Origin: Geosiphon pyriformis uo1
Taxonomy: Eukaryota > Fungi > Glomeromycota
Direction of reading: 5' to 3'
Assembly: GCA_016748015.1 (NCBI GenBank)
Contig: JAAOMT010000519.1
Span: 140,046-204,045 of the forward strand
Length of the DNA: 64,000 bases
Of this stretch, positions 25,999-36,770 are shown one piece after another (position 1 is the first letter of the stretch; the number at the start of each line of letters is the position of its first letter). The notes beneath the pieces were generated by a model that worked only from the letters and a program-made list of their open reading frames with translations, was not told where the DNA came from and ran no database searches. The translations under genes and the position numbers were made by a program.

Positions 25999-28447
25999 AC
26001 TTCAGATTAATTCACCGTTTTTTCCTTTCTAATATCCTTTTTTAATGTCGTCGAATAATTTTTCACATCAAATTCGGTTTTTATACGTTAATGACTTGTA
26101 TAAATTCGCTTTTACTATTCACCAAAAATTTTTCGTTAAAGGATAAAATATCCTTTTCGTTTTCTCTGTTTTCCAATTTTGATGGAAATGAACTTCTAAA
26201 AATCGGACCTTTTTTCACCTGCTTAACTGATGTGTGAATTCTGCATGTCCATCAATTTCATCAACTGCTGTCAAAAATTGATTCCTTCGTATGGTAAGAT
26301 TTTCATTTTATCATTAAAAAATCACATGGAATCATTTGCTCTATAAATTTTCCATAATATTACCCCACATTCCTCTTTAAAAATTTCCTTGATTGGGTTA
26401 TATTAAATTGGTTTTGTCAGAACCTGCAGAGCAGATCTCAATCTTCTGTTGTGCATTGTTGTAACTTTGAATTCCAATTCTATCTCCAGGATCAAACGTG
26501 ACACTCTCCTTACAAATCGTAACCTGATTCTGTCCAAATGATGATGGTTTCTGCTCTAGAGCATTCGTGGTTTCCGATATAAGAGATATTTTATCAATTC
26601 AATCAATAATTATCTATCAAAATCTTATCTCATCTTGGTGGTCTCTTCCCAAAATTTATAATACGCCGCCGGTTCTATAGACTGTATTCATTAAAAGAGT
26701 ACTGACCAATCGGGGGCGGACCATTTGGTCAAGATATTGAGAAGGTAAGAAGAAAATTCTCTGCCTCATTATTTGCCTCTGACATGATGAAGACGAACTT
26801 ATTTGATTCCTCCTCAACAAATATTCTATAACCGTAGCTACGAATGTATTCGTCTTGAACATTTTGCTACGTATCTCGAAAATAAATCTACACGGAAAAC
26901 CCCATAAAAATATCAAGGGACGCTCTACTATTTTTTCGTTTTTTTTCCCGTTAAATCAATTTCGACAACGACTCCAAATTTTTCGTTATTTACCGGCCAT
27001 TTTCTATATAGAAGAAAAGAAAATCAGAGGAAAATAGATTATATGAACCCCATCCTTCCAATTCTTTTAAAAATAAAACAAAAAAAAATCTCAAGTCTTT
27101 CTCTCTCACGCACCCCAATCACTCCAGTCTTGCTGTCTACATTTCCAAAATGTAGATATGTTAATTTGGAACTTTTGTAAATAGTAGTTTTTAACCGTTT
27201 TTTTTTATTCCTTATCTCTAACTTGAAATTTTTCTTTTATATCTCTATCCATTATTATTTATTTTTTCTTTATTTCCGTTTGTTCAATTTTTCTTTACAA
27301 AAAATTTTCAAAATTACCTATCAAATTGGTATTGCGAAAAACATTCGAAAATTACCTAAAAACTTTTTTCCTAAAACAATCGAAAAAAGAAAAAATCAAT
27401 AAAAATCACAAAAACATCATATACTTTGCTACAAATTGCTCTCTTGGCACATCATGATGATACAATAACTCCTGATAATGTTTGATAAAAAATTGATTGT
27501 AAAAATCCTGCTGCGGCAATATCACATTTTAGGAATTCAATGGCGCTAAATAAAACTATTTATTTCCCCGAACCTTTGCAAACGTCATGAAATCAAGACA
27601 TGATACGTATTTAGATGATTTCAAGTCTTTGGACAAATATTTCTCGCCGAATGATTTCTCGTGATTGGAGCTCCAAGAATAGTAATTATTATTCGTGCAT
27701 TAGATTGAAACTCCCGAATTCTCGAAGGTTTTTTATGAAACTCGAACATTGACAAGTTTTTCTATCTGTCTAAGTTACAGGTTGCAATCAACCTTTTTTG
27801 ATTATTATAATAGCAGCCCCCAAGTTCTTTTTTAAGCCCATATCTGGAGTTTTTTCGGACCTTTACAAAGTTGACAAGGCGGGTATATGTTAAACTTTTA
27901 TGGAAAAAGTTCCCAGGAAGTAATCGATCGGCAATCTAAATGATTAGGGTCGACCTCTGACTCGGACTTCGGTCTTAACCTTACAACAATTCTATTTGCC
28001 TGATTACTCTGTTTGGCAAAGAAATAATTAAAATATCGAAAAACATTGACAAATTAATTTTCCTGGTTTCTATATTTTCTACGTTATTGAGATATCATAA
28101 GGTTTAAAGGCTCAACTGCTCCCTTAAAAATAGTAAGTGACAGTATTTCTAATCCAATCTAAAGATTCCAATTCTTTTTCAGGGAGAAATTTTCCTCTCC
28201 CTACCCCACAGATTTATTTATTTTGGCGTCTGTACTCTGCCCAAATTAATAATTTATCAATTATATTTAGAAAGAGATACCTCCCCTTGGGCTTTTAAAT
28301 TAATATTAATTGGACGAGGTTGGTTTTCGTTACATGCTGGAAAGGCTATATAAGCAATCCTTAAGCTTTTTAAAAACACCCTTTGGTTTGTAACCGATTC
28401 AAAGAGAAATCTAATAGAAGCTCTTTTCTATAACAGAAAATTCAAAA

Positions 28448-30456
28448 ATGGCTACTTCTGAGAAATCTCATGCTATGACGTATTCTTCAAAATATGCTTT
28501 TCTAACATCTGGTCTACCTCGACAAGAGGATGAATCAAAGTGGCGATACCATTTGAGAAAATTAGTAACCCTTAAAAAATTCTCAGATTTGGAAAAAGAT
28601 CAAGAAAGGTCACAGCTAAAGAAGACATTAGGCCCTTGGGATTTAATTTCTCTTGGAATTGGTGGGATTATTGGTACAGGCATTTTTGTTTTGACAGGTA
28701 AATCACGAAATTTCAGTTGTCGTATTTCGGCTAGGTTTGCCTTTTCAAATAACGTTTCATGCTGGAAATTAAAAATACCACATAAATATTTAATGAGTGT
28801 GTGTGAAAATCTCGGAAAATTTTCATCTTGTGAAACATCAAATTCAATTTATCCTATCAACTTTTTAGGTGAGGCGGCGGCTACCAAGGCTGGGCCGGCA
28901 GTCGTAATTTCATTTTTAATATCAGGATTTGCGGCAAGTTTCGCCGCCCTTTCATACTCGGAGATGGCCTCCATGATTCCAGTGGCTGGATCCGCTTATA
29001 CTTATGCTTATGCTACAATGGGCGAATTAATGGCATGGATCATTGGATGGGATTTAATACTTGAATATGCAGTTGCCGCTTCAGCTGTCGCAGTTGGAAA
29101 GTCAAATTCTCAAGCTTTGAATTTTTATGATTTTTAGTTATCGCTACTCGATCAATGAAATAATAATTATTTTTATCTTAATTCAGGCTGGTCAGGTTAC
29201 TTTAAATATTTTTTTAGAGATGCTTTCGGCATTGAATTTAGTCCAGCATGGACAAAGGCACCAATCCTTTTCAACACCACAACTCAAGCCATTGAAACTG
29301 TAGAAGGGGCATATTTTAACGTGCTCGCATTCTTAATTGTGATTGTTTTGACTGTAATTCTAACTATAGGAATTAAAGAATCAGCTCGAATCAACACCGC
29401 AATCGTCTTTATCAAGCTCCTGGTGGTTATGTTGTTTATCATAGTAGGATCCATTCATGTCGATCCTAAAAATTACAAACCATTCATTCCCAAAAATGAA
29501 GGTCGATTTGAAGCCTTTGGCGTCACTGGAATTTTTTCGGCGGCATCTGTAGTATTTTTCGCTTATATAGGGTTCGATTCTGTTTCCACAACTGCTCAAG
29601 AATGTCGTAATCCACAGCGTGATTTACCGATTGGGATTTTGGGAAGTTTGACCATTTGTACTTTGCTATATATGGCAGTTTGGTAAGTTCCAGATGAATA
29701 GAACTAATATTTTTCAAGACAGAAAATTAACACCACTCTTTCCTATCCAAAATTGGTAATTCAAGCCTAGTATTGACTGGTCTTGTACCTTATAATACGA
29801 TTGATATCAATGCTCCTATAGCTAGTGCAATAAGTGTTACTGGAATGAAATGGCTGGTAGTGATTATAGATTTGGGAGCATTAGCCGGGTTGACTTCGGT
29901 TATTCTCTGTCTATTATTGGGTCAACCACGAATTTTTTTCTCTATGGCACAAGACGGCCTCTTCCCAGCCATTGCGGCCAAAGTACATCCAAGATTTCAA
30001 ACACCATATATCACAACGGCAATAACTGGAATAGCTTGTGCGATCATCGCTGCACTTTTGCCAATAGAAATATTGGCTGAATTAACATCAGTTGGAACAT
30101 TATTCGCCTTCTTTCTAGTAAACATTGGAGTGTTAATTTTACGATTCAAAGCTCCCGATGTCCCAAGGCGTTTCCGGGTACCCGGAGGGCCATTTTTTGT
30201 ACCTATTGTAGGTGCACTATTTAGTATATTACTGTTGGCGACTGCGACACGGGCTAGTATTGAACGATTATTTATCTGGATGGCCATTGGAATCTTAATA
30301 TATGTGTTCTATGGACGAAGATATTCAAAGATTAACAAAAGTCATCAAAAGGAATTTGAAAAGGATCCTGTGATTCATCCCGGGGACTCTACTAGTCCCG
30401 AAGACGATCAGAAAGGTATTGATAAATCGGCTCCTGAAGCTGAAGCTGTTGTTTGA
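28448..30456 (+). CDS. APC-superfamily amino-acid permease, cationic amino acid transporter (CAT/SLC7-like, YfnA-like), ~554 aa
   Basis: Exons 28448-28697, 28869-29096, 29187-29682, 29766-30456. Motifs LGIGGIIGTGIFVLTG, AGPAVVISF, SYSEMASMIPVAGSAYTY, GWDLILEY..VGWSGY, FFAYIGFD, ECRNPQRDLP, PRIFFSMAQDGL, SVGTLFAF. TATA-like TATATAA at ~28347. Confidence 0.95.
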
Positions 30457-31194
30457 AATAATGATAATTTCTATTCTACTGAGTCTACTCGGATAAATTA
30501 TAATATTAATGGAACCTTTTTTGAGACTTCAAAGACTACTTTTTAAGAGAACAATTATCTCTCAATTTGTACTTTATCTTGCAAATATATATGAAAAGTT
30601 ATTTTAAAGGCAATTGATGCTAAGCTTGGCCTTTAACATATATCTGCTATTTAATAATTTGTAGTAGAAATAAACTTTCATGATTATCTGTTACAAAAGT
30701 TTCAGAGATTCCGCAATCTCAGAAGTTATCGAGATAAATTTATTGATAACTTTCCTAATTTTTGTGAGGATATAATTTTTTTAGGCTTATAGCTGGTCTT
30801 AATGAATTTCGTGAGCAGTTGATTGGTTGTCGAATGCACAAGAGAATATGCAAAAATTCAAAAACTACGACGGAAGATTCTATTCCTGGAATTTAGCAGA
30901 ATACTTTTTTCACTGATAAGGTTAAATTCTGCATCACGAGATCTAATATGCCATATTAGCAGTGTTTTGATGCTTAATTTAGAGCTTTTGATGCATTTAA
31001 AAGATTTTCTTTATATCTTCTTGTAAAATTAAATAAGACATATAAAAGAAATTATACTTTTGTCCTATTTACTTTTAAGTCCAAAGTACCATCTAAACAA
31101 TAAAGTCCACAAAACAGGGAAAATTCTGACATTTTTACTAGCATCGCAGTCAAGTTTATGAATTCCCTAAAAATCTATTTACATTCAAAATTAA

Positions 31195-31614
31195 ATGTCA
31201 TCGAATTCATCAAAATCCAAGACACAATTATTTTCTATAAATCACGGTTTTCTTTCGCTAGCTGCTCAATCATCATTTACAAAAAAAACTCTTCTCTCAC
31301 ATGCACTCTCGTTTCTTTTCCTTTTTTTTAGCATCATCATGCTAGCCAGTTTACTATTTGCTGTTTACTACTTCCTGGAGTCAACACAAAAATTTACAGC
31401 TGATGCCAGAGTTTTGACTCGTCATTTTATGGTAAGACCAACTGACAATAATAATTGTCATCGGCTACAGCAAAAACCACATAATAATCATTGGTTGATG
31501 GCAGCTCTTGGGGAAAAGCCAATAAAACGTTTCACCGAAGAGCAAAAACTACATTTTTGCAATTATGAATGTGATGGATGGTGTCCTGTTTGTGAAAAGT
31601 ATTCATTCGAGTGA
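31195..31614 (+). CDS. Small hypothetical protein with one TM segment and a C-terminal Cys cluster (HFCxxxCxxxCxxC)
   Basis: 139-aa intronless ORF in AT-rich DNA with an A-rich start context (TTAAATG) and TATAAAA at ~31041. TM ALSFLFLFFSIIMLASLLFAVYYFL. Confidence 0.55.
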   Translation: MSSNSSKSKTQLFSINHGFLSLAAQSSFTKKTLLSHALSFLFLFFSIIMLASLLFAVYYFLESTQKFTADARVLTRHFMVRPTDNNNCHRLQQKPHNNHWLMAALGEKPIKRFTEEQKLHFCNYECDGWCPVCEKYSFE

Positions 31615-32722
31615 ATTTAAAAAACATTTCTGTCCGCATTAGAATAATTAGAATGTTCAGAAAAATATAAAAATCTTTAGAGAAATAATCAAAGCCCTTT
31701 TTTAATAAACATAATTGACCTTGGATATCGGTTTAGAAATATGTTGAAATTTCTAAAGAATATAGCAGCATGTTAAATAATCAACTCGATCAAAAAGAAT
31801 TTAAAAATTTTACTGCTATATAGGAATCTAGGAATTTCTCGAAAGTCGATATTCGAGAGGAAGAAATTATCTTCATTTTTTTTAACGACAGTTATCAGTT
31901 GAGATTCATAAAATTTTAATTTAGGATCACCTCGGAAAGTAACCCCCCGAATTTATTATTATGGATAGAATTTTTTTTAGAATATGTTAATATTTTGTGA
32001 GCTCGATTCACATCCAAAACTCTTTTAATTCTTCGCAGCATTGAGTCTACAACTTCCCGAAGAATTGAAGTATTAGAAATAGAGCACTCCTTTTTTAGAG
32101 CAGCCTCAGGTTATCCTACAGTCTTTAGAAATTTTTCGCATTTCTGGATTATTCTTTATCAGTTTCCAGATTTTTCTATGAGGAAGGTTGCTGGCCAATC
32201 CTTAGTGTTAATTTTTTCTTTGTAAAACATTCCACAACTTCATTTGTAAGATAAATTGGTGCATTATTCTGTAAAATGATAAAAGATTTCCTCAAGAACT
32301 TTTAAATGTATTTTTTTTCTTTGTATTCATCAAAATATTAATAGACCTTTGATTTCTTCTACGAAACATCCCCAAACCATTACCAAGCTTTAGCCACTCT
32401 TGAAATTCGGAGTTAACATTCTATATTTTAACTGTCTCCTGGTTGTTTCACCCGAAAAAACAACATAACAATAATAATATAAAACACATGGCTTTTTTGC
32501 TGCTCTATGGGCTCAAATTCCTAGATTATCAAATAGCCAAGCTCTAATTCATTAATAATATTACAAAGTGACTTTCATTATTTTTTATAGCTTTTCATAT
32601 AAATGCATATTTTTGTTTGTTTTTAGAATATTTGGTCTTCAAGAACGCAGTAGATTTTTGGTTATTTTGTATTTAGCTTGGAGTCACGTTTTATTTCTTT
32701 CATGACTTTTTTAGCACTCATA

Positions 32723-32835
32723 ATCTGATAAGATTCAGTATTTTGCCCTTATCAATCTTGGTTAACTGCATATTTTGCCCTTATAAAGATTAGTTAACTG
32801 CCTATTTTGTCCTTATCAATCTCGGTTCACTTGCA
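32723..32835. promoter_or_regulatory. ATCTGATAAG motif plus 3 x ~32-bp tandem repeat containing CTTAT(C) GATA sites, upstream of the dioxygenase
   Basis: ATCTGATAA at 32723-32731. Units at 32739-32770, 32771-32802 and 32803-32835 (TATTTTGCCCTTATCAATCTTGGTTAACTGCA). The repeat is seen directly; the regulatory role is inferred. Confidence 0.6.
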
Positions 32836-33133
32836 TATGGGTACACGTCCTTATTTCTGTCAAACAAGATTTTGTTCAGCATATTGAAAAAATAATTGGG
32901 ACCACAAAAAAATCAAATGAGGAAAAATGTGCGTCTTTATTTACCGATCCGATTACAACATTACTTTCTTAAAATTTTTCGGCTTTTGTCTTTCCTGATT
33001 AGCTAAATAGAGAATTACTTGAAGTTCTTAAACTAAATGATTGCTGAGGATATATTTAAGAGTAGCATTGAGGAATGAGAAGAGAAACCTTTTTTATTTC
33101 TGCCAAATTCATTAAGAATTTATTCAAGATATT

Positions 33134-34045
33134 ATGCCAAATATAAAAGACACCTCGTCATTAGTTACGGAGAAGCAGGTTAAGAAATTCCTGGAGCAAG
33201 AAGTTATCAATGATGAGTCAAGTAGAAATAAAATAGATTTTAATAGTATTAAACACTTGGAGACTCTTTATCTTTATAGTACTCCACTTAAACTACCCTC
33301 TTCATGTAATGAATTTATTTCTAGTGCAAGTGATCCAATACCTTATCTGCGATATATCAAAACTCTTCACAAGAATGGTATCATTATCATCACGCTGGGG
33401 TACGATGACGATGACGGTCTTACATTACAAAAAATTGTTGATTTTATTGGAATCCCTCATAAACATGACAATAAAGGAACCGCGATGTGGGACATTAAAA
33501 GTCTTGAAAAAAATAACGAAAAACACGTTGCCAGATCGCACCAACTCAGCGAATTTACTTTACACACTGACTGTTGCTATGAGGAAAACGTACCAGATTA
33601 CTTTGGCTTATATGTTGTACAGGATGACCAAATGAATGGTGGAAAAAATTTAGTGATTGAGAGTATTGCTTTATTACAACATTTGTCCAAGAAATCATTC
33701 GACATATTACAAAATCATCAAGTTAAAGTGTTAGTGCCAGGAGAATTTAAGAAGGAAAAAGAATTTATAAATACATTCATTCTTGACAAAGAGCTAGGCA
33801 TTAGGTATAGACGGGAAATCATCGATTCTACAAGCCTAACCACAGAACAAGAAGAAGCAATTGATGAACTCGAGAGACTGATTTACTCACCCTTATTTAG
33901 TAGATCTCTGACTTTAAATAGAAGGCAAATACTTTTGTTAGACAACAAACGTTATCTTCACGCAAGAACCGCGATAAAAGACAAGAACAGACACTTAAAA
34001 CGAATTAGATTTTTTTCAAACGAAATCAGAATGACAATAACTTAA
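33134..34045 (+). CDS. TauD/TfdA (clavaminate synthase-like) Fe(II)/2-oxoglutarate dioxygenase, intronless, 303 aa
   Basis: HxD motif LHTDCCY, PDYFGLYVV, GGKN, distal His in LLLDNKRYLHAR, and 2OG-binding Arg in RHLKRIR. Confidence 0.9.
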   Translation: MPNIKDTSSLVTEKQVKKFLEQEVINDESSRNKIDFNSIKHLETLYLYSTPLKLPSSCNEFISSASDPIPYLRYIKTLHKNGIIIITLGYDDDDGLTLQKIVDFIGIPHKHDNKGTAMWDIKSLEKNNEKHVARSHQLSEFTLHTDCCYEENVPDYFGLYVVQDDQMNGGKNLVIESIALLQHLSKKSFDILQNHQVKVLVPGEFKKEKEFINTFILDKELGIRYRREIIDSTSLTTEQEEAIDELERLIYSPLFSRSLTLNRRQILLLDNKRYLHARTAIKDKNRHLKRIRFFSNEIRMTIT

Positions 34046-34263
34046 TCATTAAAAATTTGGTGTCCTAGTAAAACCCTATGTTATTAACACACATTTAATT
34101 ATAACATTTATTTCGTGAAAATTTTCTCTGTAATAAGACTGAGAGGAAAATAATATTAGAATTCTAATTTTAAAGCAATTAAATTTAATAAATTCTTATA
34201 TTGTGGAAATTAAAAATGATAGTATTAATAGGTAAAGCTAGTATAAGACCTTTTAAATATCTA

Positions 34264-34814
34264 CACTCGGCGGAAAAAAGTCATGGGACACTTTACATTT
34301 TTATTATTTTGTGTTCCATGAATGATAAAAATATCTATATATAGTAAGGAATGTATTAAAATAATAATTATTAATCAAAACAAAGATATAATTAACAATA
34401 TTTAATTCGCGTTTTTTTTATCAGCATAAAATTTTTCGGGATTTTTTTTGATAAACATGAATATTCAAAAATCCAAAGTTCAAAGGAAAGACTTGGATGG
34501 CTCAAAAACATCTCAATTTACTTTCTAAATGGCCAGCACAATCACCTGATTTGAATTCAATAGAGCATTTATAGAATTATTTACAAAAACAACTCAAAAA
34601 ACGAAATCTGCATTCTGAAAATAATCACAAATTATTTCTCGCGTTAGAAAAAGAATGACAAGCAATTCCATAAAATATTTAGTTACTAGTGTATCTAGAC
34701 ATATTGAAAAATGTATTAGAAAGGAAGGTGGACCAACTAGTTATTAAGTATTAAATAAAATAAAAAGTTATTAAAGAAATAATAAAGTGTCTCACGACTT
34801 TTTTCCGCCGAGTG
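34264..34814 (+). mobile_element. Internally deleted Tc1/mariner element with transposase remnant
   Basis: 32-bp TIRs (CACTCGGCGGAAAAAAGTCRTGRGACACTTTA, 2 mismatches) at 34264-34295 and 34783-34814, with TA target duplication. Remnant WPAQSPDLNSIEHL*NYLQKQL..LEKE*QAIP..GGPTSY*. Confidence 0.93.
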
Positions 34815-35540
34815 TATCTATGCTTAAGGCTTTTTTTACAACACCTATTTTTGATTAGGCCCTTTCCCAAAATGAGCAGTTGAATCTATTGAAAATCCTT
34901 TTTTAGCATACTTGAACGCAAAAGTCTCAGAATGGCACAATAGGAATTAATCAAATCTTAATTACTTTTGATGTGTGAACTAGAGATTTTGTTAATTTAG
35001 ACACAAGATCGAAGATTATTTTCTAACTGAAATAGAAATTTTTAAATTCATTTCCTATTTTAAGAAACAACTCATTCATCTTAGAAAAACAGGCAATTAA
35101 GGGTCTCCCAAAGGCAGACTTTCTAGAATGTTTCCATTATTTGATGCGTGAGACCTTCTTTATGGAAATCCAAATCGAATCCATGTTATAGCGATTGACA
35201 AAAGTGTTTAAAATCCAATTATTAGGCTTTCGTAGAAAATTCTAAATCTAGAAGTTCTCGTGCAGCTCACAGAAACAACAAATACAATAAATAGTAGAAT
35301 GCGATGATCCGGACAAGGTTTTTTATTTTACAAATCGAGATGCTTGCTTGATATCTTCATAAATAAACAAAAATTCCATGAAACTTTAGCTTTAATCAGT
35401 TTTAAGTAATAAATTTTATATAAACACCAGCTTGAACCCTTAATGTTTCCAGGCCAACTAATAATCCATTTTATTCCGAGATTCGAAAATTGTAAATTTT
35501 ATTTTTCAAAATTTCTGACGTCTAAAAGAGATTTCTCAAG

Positions 35541-36317
35541 ATGCGATTTTTTTCAAACTTTAATCTTTTCGCTTTCGTCGCCATAGCCGGTTCACTTTTA
35601 TTTACATCCACAACTAATGCGTGCGAAAAAAGTTGCCAAGAAGGAATCAGTCAAGCATTTGCCGACAAATACGTCCTAGTCTCAACTCAATTATGGAGCC
35701 AAAATTTATACCAACAAATCCAAACAAAATTTATTCCAGATTTTAATCTCTTAACTTATATTCCGCAACCCGATGCATTAATCATCCAAGAAAATATTAC
35801 CAAAGACTTAATAACTAACGCTCAGACATTGGAAATCAATTTCGAAAAATCTTTACCAGCAATAATTCTAAGAAGCATTTTTAAGCAAGAACCAAAATTC
35901 AAAGGTGATTGCAATACTCCATTTCGTGTTAAACAACCAAAGTATCCAGACATATGGACACTAGAAGATTGTGTCAAGATGGATTACATCTGTGGTAATC
36001 CCCCATCGATATGTCATTTCTTGAATGATATTAAGAAGAGAAACGTAGAAAATGTTATAACGGCTTTAAAAACACCAGTACAGAATGAAACGTGGGTAAA
36101 TACTCTTTCTTTGGCAGTCAAGAATTCTGTGGCCAATAATATCCCCGCGTTGGCCAATGATCAAGTAAAACTTTCACAAATCGAGAGTAATGTAAAATCT
36201 GGTCTGAAAACTTTACTGAACAACTTTTTTACAAGTTTCAACAATTCTTTCTGTGCTGGGACTTCATGTGATGAATATGATACAGAAATCAAAACGAAAC
36301 TACTCACCTACCCTTGA
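35541..36317 (+). CDS. Secreted 8-Cys protein, 258 aa, uncharacterised
   Basis: Intronless ORF with a signal peptide ending at TNA|CEKSC. Motif-like block FKGDC..WTLEDCVKMDYICGNPPSICHF. TATATAAA at ~35417. Confidence 0.85.
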   Translation: MRFFSNFNLFAFVAIAGSLLFTSTTNACEKSCQEGISQAFADKYVLVSTQLWSQNLYQQIQTKFIPDFNLLTYIPQPDALIIQENITKDLITNAQTLEINFEKSLPAIILRSIFKQEPKFKGDCNTPFRVKQPKYPDIWTLEDCVKMDYICGNPPSICHFLNDIKKRNVENVITALKTPVQNETWVNTLSLAVKNSVANNIPALANDQVKLSQIESNVKSGLKTLLNNFFTSFNNSFCAGTSCDEYDTEIKTKLLTYP

Positions 36318-36770
36318 TTCTGCTTAATAAAATTTAGTTTATTGGTGGATGATATGTAAATTTATGAAATCACAGGGTTTGATAAACACTTTTCTTTTGA
36401 TAATTCTAACGAAATTTTAGAAATACATAGAATTTGACAAATGTTTAGAATATAATAATATTTTGTACGAGACAGTTATAATATTCTTTGAGTAATATAA
36501 CAAAATATCAGCAAACATCAGTTTTAGGTGCACTTAAAATGTGTTTGAATATAAACCAGTATATTCACTAAATTACCAAGGATATGGTTTCTACTAGGCC
36601 TCAATTATACATATTTATATTTATATATATCTAGATAAAAAGCAAGGTAAGGACAAATTCTAATGTTTTAATTGGCCTCACTTTCTAGTTAAAATTGGTT
36701 TCTCAAATAACTTTTATCTACAAAACAGAAGGGAAGGGTTGTTTGCTTGTATTTCGATTGAAGTATAAAA

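Noticed and set aside
26399-26916. Short minus-strand open frames (66 and 86 codons)
   Set aside because: No credible start, splice chain or homology signal.
32739-32835. CRISPR-like appearance of ~32-bp repeats
   Set aside because: The units are directly tandem with no spacers, there are no cas genes, and the context is eukaryotic.
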